DNA of 39,664 nt from Pseudomonadota bacterium. Its GTDB lineage: Bacteria > Bdellovibrionota_B > Oligoflexia > Oligoflexales > RGVZ01. Below the pieces are notes generated by a model. It saw only the letters and a list, made by a program, of their open reading frames with translations. It was not told where the DNA came from and did no database searches. Position 1 is the first letter of the stretch; every line of letters begins with the position of its first letter. Shown in pieces: positions 1 through 9,702 of the stretch. The translations under genes were made by a program, and so were the position numbers. The stretch is from positions 1-39,664 of the forward strand of contig JBEGVZ010000022.1 in the NCBI GenBank assembly GCA_041178085.1, given 5' to 3'.

Positions 1-596
1 TGGCATTGGCCAGGTGCGACCGGGTACCAACCATCGATGTTAATCTTGGTTTCTGCTGATTGTTGCTGGCCGAACGCAAGGTATATCTTTTCAGTGCTGT
101 CGTTGCAGAACTTGGCGAGATCCTTTGTTTTCACGGCCTCAGTCGGAAGGAAATTGTAAACAGGCACCTGATCTGCAGGGGTAATTTCCGCAACGGATAC
201 GGATTTGAATGGCCTGTATTCCTGGCGGCCGGAATCGCAGGCCATCGTATTTGCTCCGGTGTAATCAAACACATCTTTCGTTTCCACGCAGAGCCTGTCC
301 GCGCCCGTCCACTCGAGGACCTGGGACGCTGAGTTTGCGTAAAGGTAGAAACGGTCGCTCATCAGTGGCATGGTCACATCCCTGCACGCATCCGGATCAA
401 CAGCCCACCAGCCGTGCGACTCAATGCTTCCGCCCTCCTGCGATTCGTAACCGAGGGCTACGAAAATCCTCTGGTCGTTCTTGTTGCAAAGCTTGACCGT
501 TACATCCGATGGAGCAACAGTTCCACTCGCAAAACTTTGCGTTGCCCAGAGCACTGTCAATGCCGATGTCCATAATTTGAAATGGTCAGGGATCAT
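1..596 (-). CDS. Secreted protein with tandem DUF1036-like domains (3' end beyond the window)
   Basis: Absent from the ORF track; translated by hand. ATG at 596 with SD AAGGAGG upstream, and the frame stays open to position 1. N-terminus MIPDHFKLWTSALTVLWATQSFA looks like a signal peptide. Two units follow: KLCNKNDQRIFVALGY...SHGWWAVDPDAC and KFCNDSTEKIYLAFGQ...IDGWYPVAPGQC, matching the CN-x-AxGY...GWW-x4-C pattern of DUF1036. Confidence 0.8.
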   Translation of the reverse strand, partial: MIPDHFKLWTSALTVLWATQSFASGTVAPSDVTVKLCNKNDQRIFVALGYESQEGGSIESHGWWAVDPDACRDVTMPLMSDRFYLYANSASQVLEWTGADRLCVETKDVFDYTGANTMACDSGRQEYRPFKSVSVAEITPADQVPVYNFLPTEAVKTKDLAKFCNDSTEKIYLAFGQQQSAETKINIDGWYPVAPGQC

Positions 597-635
597 GTGG
601 TCCTCCTTTTGGTTTAAATCCAGAAGAGGACTGCG

Positions 636-652
636 TGCAAGCCGGGGGCCAA
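636..652 (-). promoter_or_regulatory. Putative sigma54 (-24/-12) promoter for the DUF1036-like gene
   Basis: The minus strand reads TTGGCCCCCGGCTTGCA: GG-N10-GC with TGGC and TTGCA flanks, 40 nt upstream of the ATG at 596. Confidence 0.6.
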
Positions 653-729
653 CGAGGGAAATCACGGGAGTCCCTGCTCGATAGCCAAAGTGATCCGCGA
701 ACGGGTCACGCATCAGGCGAGTTTGGTGA

Positions 730-1059
730 TCACCCCCTGCGGTCTGTGACGCAGGAGGAAATCCACTCAAGGAATTGCGTGTTGCCCGCAGTGACGGGCA
801 GTGCCAGCACAGCTGGTGTCTTGTAAGGGTGGCGAGTCTTGATGAATGCGGTGAGATCAGAGACTGCCTCTTCTGTCGTCTTGAAAAGCAGGACGACCTC
901 CTGGTCTTCGTTTAGCCTGCCCTCCCACTGGTAAACCGACGTCATGCCCGGAATGATGTTCGCGCAGGCGGCGAGTCCAGCTTTGACCGCGCCGTGCGCG
1001 AGCTGAATGGCAATTTCCCGGTCCGGGGTCGTGACGTAGACAAGGCTGTGCGTTTTCAT
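730..1059 (-). CDS. cutA: Divalent-cation tolerance protein CutA
   Basis: Motifs VYVTTPD, LAACANI, SVYQWEG, LLFKT and HPYKTP; 109 aa. Confidence 0.95.
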   Translation of the reverse strand: MKTHSLVYVTTPDREIAIQLAHGAVKAGLAACANIIPGMTSVYQWEGRLNEDQEVVLLFKTTEEAVSDLTAFIKTRHPYKTPAVLALPVTAGNTQFLEWISSCVTDRRG

Positions 1060-1184
1060 GATAAACAGGATTCCTTCTTGAGGGGCTTGTTCCGGGAGCC
1101 AAAAAACAAAAGGTGGTTTCAGTAGATTATGTAAGTTAATTCAGGGCAACAGGTTTTACGCTTGTTGCCAGTTGAGGCGGAGCA

Positions 1185-2204
1185 ATGAAGGATGGGGATG
1201 AAATGAAAATGCGCGCAGCTTTGTTGAAGAGTTTTTCTGGTCCGGCGGGAATCCATGTCGTGGAAGTCCCGGTACCGGAGCCCCGTCATGGCGAGGTGCT
1301 GGTCAAGGTTATTTGCTCACCGGTTAATCCCTCTGATGTCTTGTATTGCTCCGGCCTGTATGGCGTCGCGCCTGAATTGCCTGTTGTCCCTGGGTTTGAA
1401 GGGTGCGGGGTTGTCGTCAAGTCTGGCGGCGGGTTGATGGCGAACCGCCTGGTTGGTAAGCGCGTAGCGGGCGCAGTTCAGGGCGGGCAGGGATTCTGGG
1501 CTGAATACGTGATACTGAAAGCGACGGAAGCCTTGTCCATGCCCCACCACGTCACCGACGAATCGGCAGCGTCAGCATTTGTCAACCCGTTGACGGCGGT
1601 GGCCCTTGCCCAGCCGGTCATCAAGGGCGTCCACAAGGCAATGATTCACAGCGCGGGCGCTTCTCAACTCGGGCGGATGTTGATCCGGCTGTCACGCCGT
1701 CATGATTTCCCCTTGATCAACATCGTCCATCGCGAGGCCCTTGTTTCGGAGTTGAAGGCCGCAGGTGCGGTTCACGTCCTGGACAGCAGCAAGCCTGATT
1801 TCAAGTCGGCTCTGACCAGCCTGGCCGGTGAACTGCAAGCAACATGGGCTGCCGATGCCGTTGCGGGCGAGATGACGGGCGTTCTGGCGTCGTGCATGCC
1901 TCAGGGAAGTACCATCGCAGTATACGGTGTCCTCTCGGGCCTCGAATCAAAAGTGAATCCGGGTGATTTGATTTTCCGCGGGCAGACCGTGACCGGCTAC
2001 TGGCTGTCGGGTGAGTTCAAGGATCGAAGTCCGCTCGGCCTCCTGCGCACCGGACTTTTGCTGCGCAAGGCTAGCCAGCTGCTCAGTTCGGATTTGCAGT
2101 CCATGGCCCAGGCCCATGTCAAACTCGAGGAAATGTCTGCAAAGTTGCCGGAACTCCTCAAGTCCGCGAGCAAGGGAAAGATCTATGTCAGGCCAGGAGC
2201 CTGA
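1185..2204 (+). CDS. Medium-chain dehydrogenase/reductase, Zn-independent (quinone/enoyl-thioester reductase-like)
   Basis: Motifs SPVNPSD, PGFEGCG, FVNPLTA and Rossmann-like SAGASQLG; no catalytic Zn-binding GHE motif. The start may be at 1203 or 1209. Confidence 0.85.
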   Translation: MKDGDEMKMRAALLKSFSGPAGIHVVEVPVPEPRHGEVLVKVICSPVNPSDVLYCSGLYGVAPELPVVPGFEGCGVVVKSGGGLMANRLVGKRVAGAVQGGQGFWAEYVILKATEALSMPHHVTDESAASAFVNPLTAVALAQPVIKGVHKAMIHSAGASQLGRMLIRLSRRHDFPLINIVHREALVSELKAAGAVHVLDSSKPDFKSALTSLAGELQATWAADAVAGEMTGVLASCMPQGSTIAVYGVLSGLESKVNPGDLIFRGQTVTGYWLSGEFKDRSPLGLLRTGLLLRKASQLLSSDLQSMAQAHVKLEEMSAKLPELLKSASKGKIYVRPGA

Positions 2205-2210
2205 TTCCCG

Positions 2211-2738
2211 TCAGGGGTTTGGTGATTCTTCAAGGACGATCGTCACCGGGCCGTTGTTACAAAGTTCCACGGCCATGTCGGCTCCGAATTGTCCGGTCAG
2301 TACATCGATCTTGTGTGCGCGGAGCTTTGCCACCAGACGCAGGTAAATCTCTTCCGCAACCACTGGCGGCGCAGCATCCTGGAACCCTGGCCGGCGCCCG
2401 CGGGATGTATCTGCGTATAGCGTGAACTGACTGACCGCAAGGATTGAACCACCTGCCTGCGTGATGTTGAGGTTCATTTTCCCGGTGTCATCGGAAAAGA
2501 TGCGCAGGCCGGCGATTTTGTCTGCAACCTTATCGAGCATTTTTTCGATTTGTGCAGCCGGTGTGGTGAGGCCTTCTGCGGAGGTCACGTCGCGCACTCC
2601 GACTCCAATCAGCAGGAGCATTCCCGTGTTAATTGCGGCGATTCTTTTCCTTTCCCGCGAAGTCGCACCCGCAAGTTCCTCCGGTTCTCTGAAGACACTC
2701 ACAGATGCCGCGCTGACACGCTGGATCACAATTCTCAC
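2211..2738 (-). CDS. dtd: D-aminoacyl-tRNA deacylase
   Basis: Motifs MRIVIQRV, LRIF, SQFTL, GRRP and NxGPVT; GTG start with GGAG SD. Confidence 0.95.
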   Translation of the reverse strand: MRIVIQRVSAASVSVFREPEELAGATSRERKRIAAINTGMLLLIGVGVRDVTSAEGLTTPAAQIEKMLDKVADKIAGLRIFSDDTGKMNLNITQAGGSILAVSQFTLYADTSRGRRPGFQDAAPPVVAEEIYLRLVAKLRAHKIDVLTGQFGADMAVELCNNGPVTIVLEESPNP

Positions 2739-2780
2739 TTTGATTAACTCCTGGGTGTCTGGTCTCGCATTCCATGCTGT

Positions 2781-5700
2781 TCAGGGTAGGGTAAGTGCGC
2801 CACTGTCAAGTTCCATCTGTGTGTCTGAAAAATTATAGCCAACCGTCCAGATCAGAGAAACTGTTCCTCCCGCAGTAAACGTTGCGGGCAAGGCGGGGAA
2901 TCGCTTGTAACCTGGTTGACTTGACGGGCCTCCCAACGCGCTCCAGGTGCCAGATGAAAATTTATAGTGCATGAATGAGTTGGGTGAATTTTCCCAGACC
3001 AGAAGCTTTTGCGTGCCATCCGTGGAAGAGGATAATGTGGTTGAACCGATCTGGAAGTCATCCAAAAGCCATTCGGGAGAGCCCCAGTTGCTGCCGTTGT
3101 GTGACTGGACGAAAAGAGAGTATTCCGGCTCTCCCGGATCGCGATTGCTCGGAGATACATAAGAGATATGGGTATTTGCTGCATCCGACGTGACGGATAT
3201 GTGGTTTCCCCTGGCAACGAGGCCAGACGTCCATTTCGCGAGCCCCCATTCCCCGCCGGCGTAGACAGAATTCCCTGCGGCCAGCACCCTGCCGTAATTC
3301 CCGTTCAAAGATCCGGATGCAGACCAGCCAGTATCATCATTTTTTGTGGTGTCCCAAGTCGCCGCGTATTTAACGGCGGTCGTGCCGGCGGTGGTGAAGG
3401 CTCCGCTCACATACAGCGTCTGGCCAGACACAGCCAGTGCCTCGACATCGGTATCGGATGAGTGGGCGACTCCCGATCCCATGGCAGACCAGCCAGCGTT
3501 TCCGCTGCCATTCAGCTGCCAGCGGGCAATACCCTGTGTGCCCACTGTCCCTGCCGCTGTAAAAGCTCCGCCGACATAAAGATACGGGTCAGATAACGCG
3601 AGGGCATACACAGAACCGCTGATGCCCGATCCAAGAGCAGTCCAGTCAGAATTGGTTGATCCGGTTGTGTTCCACTTTGCGATGGCGGACACATTCGTTG
3701 CTCCCGCCGTGGAGAAACTTCCTGCGACATACATGGCGTTGTTGGTTGCGTCGGCCGCCAATGCGGTCACGGTACCGTTTACTCCTGAGGCGAGGGGTGA
3801 CCATGCGGGACTGCCGCCCGTAAGTGGCCATTTTGCAATGTTCTGGGCTGCATTTCCATCAGCCTTGGCAAAACTGCCTCCGGCGTAAAGTTCATTGCCG
3901 GTGATGGCAAGGGCATACACGATTGCCGTGTTGTTTGATGCGTCTGTGACTCCGCCGCCAAGTGATGACCATACCGATCCATTCCATTTCGCGATGCTCT
4001 TTGCAGAAACCCCTCCTGCCGAGGAAAAGTAACCACCGACATAAAGGTCGGTTCCGTTGATGGCAAGTGCTGTCACCAGTCCATTCACACCTGACGTGAG
4101 TGCAGACCATTTGGTGCCATCCCACTGGGCGATGTTGGAGACTGGCAGGCCAGCAATAGAAGTGATACAGCCGCCAACGTAAAGGTTGTCGCCGGAAGCC
4201 GCCATGGCCTCTATGCGTTTGAAGGAACCTCCTGTACAGTACACGCCACTCGATGATCCGCTGATGCCTGTCGACACGGGAGACCATCCATTGTCGTCAG
4301 TTTTGGTCGTGTCCCACCTGGCAATGTTGGCGGCAGACTTCGTTCCTGCGGTGGTGAAGATCCCGCCGACGTAAAGATCTGTGCCTGCCACAGCCAAGGC
4401 ACCAACGACAGAGTTATTGCCGTTCGTCACGCCGGATCCTGCAGATCCAAGGGCGGACCAGGTGCCGTTTGTGGTGTCCCAGCGGGCGATATTCTTGACG
4501 GAGGCCCCACCAGCGGACGTCAGGTTATCACCCGTCACATAGAGCGATGTGGCGGCAAAAGCCATGGCCTTGACTGCGCCATTGACGCCACCGCCAAGGC
4601 TTGCCCAGCCCGCGTCAGTCGTGGCGGTGGTAGACCACCTCGCGACGTACGAAATCGACGAGTCTCCGCCAGCACTGGTGAAGTCGCCGCCGACAAACAG
4701 GGTCGTCCCGGACTTGGCCATCGCATAAATGACTCCGTTCGTTCCTTGGCCGAGTGAGCGCCACGAACTATCGTTACTAAAGTTGGCGGTTTCCCAAGCG
4801 CCGGGGTCCCAAAATGCAATGCTGCTGGCGGCAGCCCCACCGGCGACCGAGAAATCGCCGCCAACGTAAACCGCCGTGTTTGTGACGGCATGGAGTGAGT
4901 AGACTATTCCTGAACCCGGCGAGCCATTGGAGACGCCGGATCCCGGACTGGTCCATCCCCCCGCCCCGTCATAAAAAGCGATGTTTGAAGCGGCGTTACC
5001 GCCGGCACGGGTGAAAGTTCCCCCCACGTAGACATGACCGGTGGTTCCCTTGATCACCGCAAGGGCACGGACTTCAGCGCTTCCTGAGGGAGGAGTGGTG
5101 ACGCCACCATTCATGGTCGACCAGCCATCGTTGGTGTTCATCATCAGGTTCCACTGCGCAACGTTGGCTGCGGCCTGACCGCCTGCGAAGCTGAAATTCC
5201 CGCCGACGTACAAATATGTCTCCGTGGCCGCCAGCGCATAGACTACGGCGTTTTGACCTTCGATGCCGGAGCCAAGTCCGGACCAGTTCGTGCCATTCCA
5301 TCGGGCAATGTAGGAGATAGGTCTTGTCCCGCCGACTTGCCTGAAGTCGCCCCCGATGTACAAATCTGCGCCGGCGACAGCGATTGCATGCACGGCTCCG
5401 CTGACTCCGGCGATCCCGGCAAAGGTCCACCAATCACTCACAGAGCCAGTCTTTTGTGTCCAGTTTGTTCCGTCATAGGCATAGCTGTGGATCACCCCGT
5501 CCTGTCCGGATGTCACGGCCATGGCGTAACTTCCTTGGGGGACGATGGCCAGGCTGGCCGGTGATGACGTGACCGGGCCGGCAGTTTGTCTGGCTGCCCA
5601 CGTTGTCCCGCCGGTAATTGCGTTGGATGAACGTGATACCACCGGCGTGTAGATGCCCTTGGTTGCGTCATGTTCGAATGCCGCAAGGTAGGTGATATCG

Positions 5701-7403
5701 TCTGTCCCGACCGTTATTGCCGGCCTGCTGAAGTTGTCATTGTTCCCGGATGAATCGAGTGCTGTCACGGGTGTGTCCCAGGTGATCGACGTGCCTGAGA
5801 TCGTGCCGCGTCTCACCATGATGTCCCGGCTTGACTCATAGGCGATCAGGACCTTGCCTTCCTTTGCCGTTACCGTGAATCGCGGTGTGGTGATGGCGAG
5901 GGGGGTAGCGGCAGGTGAAAAGTTTGAGCCGGTTGCGCTGTATCCATAGCCAACATCTGACCCGGTAAACCAGAACGCCCAGTGCTTTGCGCTGGCGGTG
6001 TCATAAAAAGTTTTTCGCTCTGGAGAACTGGCGGTTCCATGGGCAGAGACCAGTATGCCAATGGTCTTTGTGCTTTTGGCCGAGTAGAGCCGCTTGTTCC
6101 CGGCATGGTCACGCGCAATCACGTTGTAGTAGTGGGTGGTCCCACGATCCAGTCCGGTCACGGTATAAGACGTGACGTTCTGGGTCCATGTGGTTACGGC
6201 ATTTTGCTCGCAGGCCGCGATGCTGCCGAGGGTGCTGGTTTTCGCCGCGCAGACTAGATATTGCAAATTGTCTGATGTGGTCACAGTGTCGCTGGCCGCT
6301 GTCCAGCTGAATGCAAAGGAGCTGGTGGTGATGGCTGTGGCATCGCTTATCGTTCCGCTGTTTCCCGCTGTTGGCGGTGTGCTGTCGTTCGTGTAGACGA
6401 CCAGGAGTGTACACGCCGACTCATTGCCCGCCAGGTCAACGGCCTTGCCGCGGATCGTGGTTATCGTGTCAACCTGGGTATTTGCATTTACTGCAATTCC
6501 TGGGCTGGCAAAAACGGCGTTGGCCGAAGGTTCCGATTTCGCCGTCGTCGTGCAGGAGTCGCCAAAGTAAAACGTGATGGTGGATGGTTCCGAGGCTGTG
6601 CCAAGCAAGACGGGGCGCAGTGTGTTGCCCGGGTTGCCTCCAGCAACTAAGTTGAACGACAGTGTTGGCAACGTGGTGTCGATGATGACGGTTGCGCTCC
6701 CTGTCCGGGACCATGTCCCACTTTCATGCTGCTCCTGTACGTACAGTGTGTGTGTGCCTTCGCCCAGTGGTGAGCCGGGTGTCAACGTGGTCGACGTCGT
6801 TGTGATGGCTCCCGAGGCGAAATCATTGCTGTCCAAGCGGTAGCGGAAAGTTCCGTTACCAACGCCTCCTGATATCCATCCCCAAGTTGGCGTGGTGTCA
6901 TTCGTGGGAGACGTTACAGTCACTGCGGGTGGATTGGGGGTCCGGATCCATGTCGCAGAACCGCTATTGGTTGCGGCGAAGTATTGCCCCGCCGCATTGA
7001 CTGCCGAGATGTACACAAAGAGCGATACGCCGTAGGGCAGGTTTGAGATGTCGACAGAATTGGTCGTCGTCGTCGTATCGACAAGCGTTTGCTCAGAAGT
7101 GCCTGCGGCGTCCTTGACAACAATTCGTATCGCATATGACTTGGCGCCTTCCACCGGGGGAAACGAAGCATTGCCTTCGACCTCCTCCAGCGGAGGAATG
7201 GTGAATGCTGGCAGCGGAGCCGTAGATTCCGTCGCACCGCAGGACGGATCGTTGTCTGGACAGGCTCCGATCGTCAGGTTTGCTTTCACTTTTGCCTGGC
7301 CGCATGCTGTCATGAGCGCCAAAGCCAGTGCGGTACAAATCCGCCAGGATGTACCAGCAAGCTGGACAGGAACTGCCACCGTGTGGAGTCTGGACGCGTT
7401 CAT
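2781..7403 (-). CDS. Large surface lipoprotein: Ig/FN3-like stalk plus 14 Rax2-like beta-propeller repeats
   Basis: Start proposed at 7403 (track gives 7505), which puts lipobox-like LMTAC after a hydrophobic stretch. Thr-rich Ig-like segments (TPTWGW...GEGTHTLYVQ; DLAGNES) and FN3-like SWTAASD...VTGLDRGTTHYYNVIARD are followed by 14 repeats of V-x-ALA-x-G-x2-LYVGG-x-F...NIA-x-W...W-x2-LG-x-G. Confidence 0.8.
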   Translation of the reverse strand: MNASRLHTVAVPVQLAGTSWRICTALALALMTACGQAKVKANLTIGACPDNDPSCGATESTAPLPAFTIPPLEEVEGNASFPPVEGAKSYAIRIVVKDAAGTSEQTLVDTTTTTNSVDISNLPYGVSLFVYISAVNAAGQYFAATNSGSATWIRTPNPPAVTVTSPTNDTTPTWGWISGGVGNGTFRYRLDSNDFASGAITTTSTTLTPGSPLGEGTHTLYVQEQHESGTWSRTGSATVIIDTTLPTLSFNLVAGGNPGNTLRPVLLGTASEPSTITFYFGDSCTTTAKSEPSANAVFASPGIAVNANTQVDTITTIRGKAVDLAGNESACTLLVVYTNDSTPPTAGNSGTISDATAITTSSFAFSWTAASDTVTTSDNLQYLVCAAKTSTLGSIAACEQNAVTTWTQNVTSYTVTGLDRGTTHYYNVIARDHAGNKRLYSAKSTKTIGILVSAHGTASSPERKTFYDTASAKHWAFWFTGSDVGYGYSATGSNFSPAATPLAITTPRFTVTAKEGKVLIAYESSRDIMVRRGTISGTSITWDTPVTALDSSGNNDNFSRPAITVGTDDITYLAAFEHDATKGIYTPVVSRSSNAITGGTTWAARQTAGPVTSSPASLAIVPQGSYAMAVTSGQDGVIHSYAYDGTNWTQKTGSVSDWWTFAGIAGVSGAVHAIAVAGADLYIGGDFRQVGGTRPISYIARWNGTNWSGLGSGIEGQNAVVYALAATETYLYVGGNFSFAGGQAAANVAQWNLMMNTNDGWSTMNGGVTTPPSGSAEVRALAVIKGTTGHVYVGGTFTRAGGNAASNIAFYDGAGGWTSPGSGVSNGSPGSGIVYSLHAVTNTAVYVGGDFSVAGGAAASSIAFWDPGAWETANFSNDSSWRSLGQGTNGVIYAMAKSGTTLFVGGDFTSAGGDSSISYVARWSTTATTDAGWASLGGGVNGAVKAMAFAATSLYVTGDNLTSAGGASVKNIARWDTTNGTWSALGSAGSGVTNGNNSVVGALAVAGTDLYVGGIFTTAGTKSAANIARWDTTKTDDNGWSPVSTGISGSSSGVYCTGGSFKRIEAMAASGDNLYVGGCITSIAGLPVSNIAQWDGTKWSALTSGVNGLVTALAINGTDLYVGGYFSSAGGVSAKSIAKWNGSVWSSLGGGVTDASNNTAIVYALAITGNELYAGGSFAKADGNAAQNIAKWPLTGGSPAWSPLASGVNGTVTALAADATNNAMYVAGSFSTAGATNVSAIAKWNTTGSTNSDWTALGSGISGSVYALALSDPYLYVGGAFTAAGTVGTQGIARWQLNGSGNAGWSAMGSGVAHSSDTDVEALAVSGQTLYVSGAFTTAGTTAVKYAATWDTTKNDDTGWSASGSLNGNYGRVLAAGNSVYAGGEWGLAKWTSGLVARGNHISVTSDAANTHISYVSPSNRDPGEPEYSLFVQSHNGSNWGSPEWLLDDFQIGSTTLSSSTDGTQKLLVWENSPNSFMHYKFSSGTWSALGGPSSQPGYKRFPALPATFTAGGTVSLIWTVGYNFSDTQMELDSGALTLP
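3235..5410 (-). repeat. 14 tandem ~50-60 aa propeller-blade repeats inside the large lipoprotein (boundaries approximate)
   Basis: Counted LY[VI]GG-type units from AVHAIAVAGADLYIGGDF to YGRVLAAGNSVYAGGEW. Confidence 0.8.
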
Positions 7404-7690
7404 TCCGGACAAATACCCCCCAATCACATATCGGCCTCTTTCAGACCAGCTTGAGGGGGTGGCGGTATTTGAAAACAATATAATATCGGCCACTTGCGGA
7501 TTCATCAGGTCTGGTTTTCCGGTCGAGTTACTGGGGGGCGGAAGCCAACAACCCTCAAACCATGGGTCAACTCGTCTAGATGGGATTTATATTTTAGCTG
7601 GCGATGTCGATACCATATGGCGAGTTGTGATCCGTTTCCCATGGTGGGAATGGTTCGAGTCAATGCATGATCTGCGGATTGGCGGTAACA

Positions 7691-8257
7691 ATGGATCGTG
7701 AGAATTTCACCAAGGGGATCCGTTCTCTTTTGAAAGTCCTTGGCGAGGATCCCGACCGGGAGGGATTGCTGAAGACTCCGGAGCGCTTTCTGCGCAGCCT
7801 TGAATTCCTTACGTCAGGTTACAAGGCCGATATCAAGCAGATCATGAACAACGCCGTTTTCCACGAAACCTACAAGGACATGGTGATCGTCCGTGACATC
7901 GAACTCTATAGCTTGTGCGAGCACCACGTTTTGCCATTTTTCGGCCGTTGTCATGTCGGCTATATTCCGAACGGGAAAGTGATCGGACTGTCCAAGATTC
8001 CGCGGATCGTCGATGCGTTCGCCAGACGGCTGCAGGTCCAGGAAAGGCTGACCTCGGAAATTTCCGAGGCGCTGCAGCAACACCTGGCACCCCAAGGTGT
8101 CGGGGTGGTGATCGAGGCGTATCATTTTTGCATGATGATGCGCGGCGTGGAGAAGCAGAACTCGTACACGATGACGAGTTCCATGCTGGGCGCGTTTCAG
8201 GACTTGCCCACGCGTAATGAATTCCTGACCCTGTTACAAAGCCAGCGCGGACGATGA
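7691..8257 (+). CDS. folE: GTP cyclohydrolase I
   Basis: Motifs [33 protein letters not shown] and HFCMMMRGV; start taken at MDRE (7691). Confidence 0.97.
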   Translation: MDRENFTKGIRSLLKVLGEDPDREGLLKTPERFLRSLEFLTSGYKADIKQIMNNAVFHETYKDMVIVRDIELYSLCEHHVLPFFGRCHVGYIPNGKVIGLSKIPRIVDAFARRLQVQERLTSEISEALQQHLAPQGVGVVIEAYHFCMMMRGVEKQNSYTMTSSMLGAFQDLPTRNEFLTLLQSQRGR

Positions 8258-8294
8258 TGCTGGCATTCTGCCGGGTCTTCTGGGGAGGCAGGCT

Positions 8295-8960
8295 GTGGTT
8301 GCAAGGCATGTTTACACTTACGTCAATCCGCCGCGAGACCGTGATCTCGACGCAGCTTGCCTGGTCCTTGCCACGGATGGTGTGATTGCCCTTCCCACGG
8401 AAACAAGTTGGTGCTTCGTCTGTGACGCCGACAGTCCCAAGGGGCTGGAACGCATCAGACGCCTCAAGCCCACTCATCCGAAAGAACGCCCCTTCAGCCT
8501 GATGTGCGCATCGATATCGGCGGCTTCCGATGTCGTGAATATTGACAACAACGTCTACCCGTTGCTCAAGCGGGCCTTGCCGGGTGCGTTCACCGTGATC
8601 TTACAGCGCAATCGGAGCCTGCCCCGCCTGATCCACGATAACCGCCGGGAGGTTGGCATCAGGATCCCCGGAGCTCCGCTCGTTCGTGCGCTCCTCGATC
8701 GCTATGGTCGTGTCCTTGCTGCGGCCACCGTCCCGGCGGTACCCATGCAGGTTGACGGCATGGTCGTGGAGCATCTGCCCCGCTTTGGGCATGAGGTGTT
8801 CGAGTCTTGCGGACACGCCCTTGATTTAATCCTCGATCTGGGCGAAGAGGTTCCCGGGGTAGAAACAACGATTGTTGATTGTACCGGCGGATCTCCTGAG
8901 TTGGTCCGCACAGGTCAAGGTGACCCCCAAGTGTTCACGGGCAACGCGCACAGGTGGTAA
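8295..8960 (+). CDS. Sua5/YciO/YrdC family protein (threonylcarbamoyl-AMP synthase-like)
   Basis: Motifs GVIALPTET, RIRRLK...PFSLMC, LPGAFTVIL, VGIRIP and TTIVD...RTGQG. Confidence 0.88.
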   Translation: MVARHVYTYVNPPRDRDLDAACLVLATDGVIALPTETSWCFVCDADSPKGLERIRRLKPTHPKERPFSLMCASISAASDVVNIDNNVYPLLKRALPGAFTVILQRNRSLPRLIHDNRREVGIRIPGAPLVRALLDRYGRVLAAATVPAVPMQVDGMVVEHLPRFGHEVFESCGHALDLILDLGEEVPGVETTIVDCTGGSPELVRTGQGDPQVFTGNAHRW

Positions 8961-9643
8961 TGAACCCGTCAGTGACAGTGTTGGATGCGGGGCGGCTGGA
9001 CTACGCTTCTGCGTGGGACCTGCAGCTCAGGCTTCACGAACAGGTGGTGGGTGATCCCGACGCCGCGTTTCTTCTGCTGGTCGAACATGATCCGGTCATC
9101 ACGCTCGGCAAGAATGCCAGTGACCAGTTTGTCTTGCTGCGCGAGTCCATGTTGGCCGCGCAAGGTGTGCAGTTTGTCCGGTCTGATCGAGGCGGGGAAG
9201 CAACTGCCCATAACCCCGGGCAGTTGGTCGTCTATCCGATCATCCCGCTCGCACGATTCGGGCTCGGTGCCCGCACATACATACAACTCCTGGAAAGCTG
9301 CGTGATCGATTGTCTGGCCGATTTCGGATTGCCTGCCGGGCGTGATGAGGTCCATCCTGGCGTCTGGGTTGGCAAAGACAAGATTTGCGCCGTAGGCACT
9401 CGCATCAAGGATCGTGTTTCAATGCACGGGATTGCCCTGAATGTGGACAACGACCTGTCAATTTTTAATTTCATCGTGCCCTGTGGAATCTCCGGGCGCG
9501 GCGTGTGCAGTGTTGCTTCATTATTGGGCAGCGCGGATTCGGATCCTCCGTCGATGACACTGGTAAAAGCAAAATTCATCAATCACTTCGGGAAATTATT
9601 CCGATGTGTGACTATGAAGAGAGAATTGTCCCCCCAGGCCTGA
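8960..9643 (+). CDS. lipB: Octanoyltransferase LipB
   Basis: Motifs EHDPVITLG, RGGEATAHNPGQLVVYP, KICAVG, HGIALNV and IVPCG; TAATG overlap with the upstream stop codon. Confidence 0.95.
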   Translation: MNPSVTVLDAGRLDYASAWDLQLRLHEQVVGDPDAAFLLLVEHDPVITLGKNASDQFVLLRESMLAAQGVQFVRSDRGGEATAHNPGQLVVYPIIPLARFGLGARTYIQLLESCVIDCLADFGLPAGRDEVHPGVWVGKDKICAVGTRIKDRVSMHGIALNVDNDLSIFNFIVPCGISGRGVCSVASLLGSADSDPPSMTLVKAKFINHFGKLFRCVTMKRELSPQA

Positions 9644-9666
9644 AATTCTTTCTTCGGGTGCGATCC

Positions 9667-9695
9667 TTGCAGCACGTCCGGGCTCGATTTATGAT
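9667..9695 (+). promoter_or_regulatory. Putative sigma70 promoter for a probably leaderless small ORF
   Basis: TTGCAG (9667-9672), 17-nt spacer, TATGAT (9690-9695); the ATG at 9703 follows after a 7-nt gap. Confidence 0.5.
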
Positions 9696-9702
9696 TTAGG
9701 GG

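Noticed and set aside
60..684. Short plus-strand track ORFs at the left end
   Set aside because: They are antisense shadows of the minus-strand DUF1036-like gene, which has an SD, a signal peptide and repeated motifs.
3235..5410. Repeats as a possible CRISPR array or diversity-generating retroelement template
   Set aside because: They are degenerate protein-level repeats with no near-identical DNA copies, no spacers, and no reverse transcriptase or cas gene.
7483..7490. GCCGATAT (sigma28 -10-like) on the minus strand upstream of the large lipoprotein
   Set aside because: No TAAA-like -35 element at the expected spacing; too weak to call.
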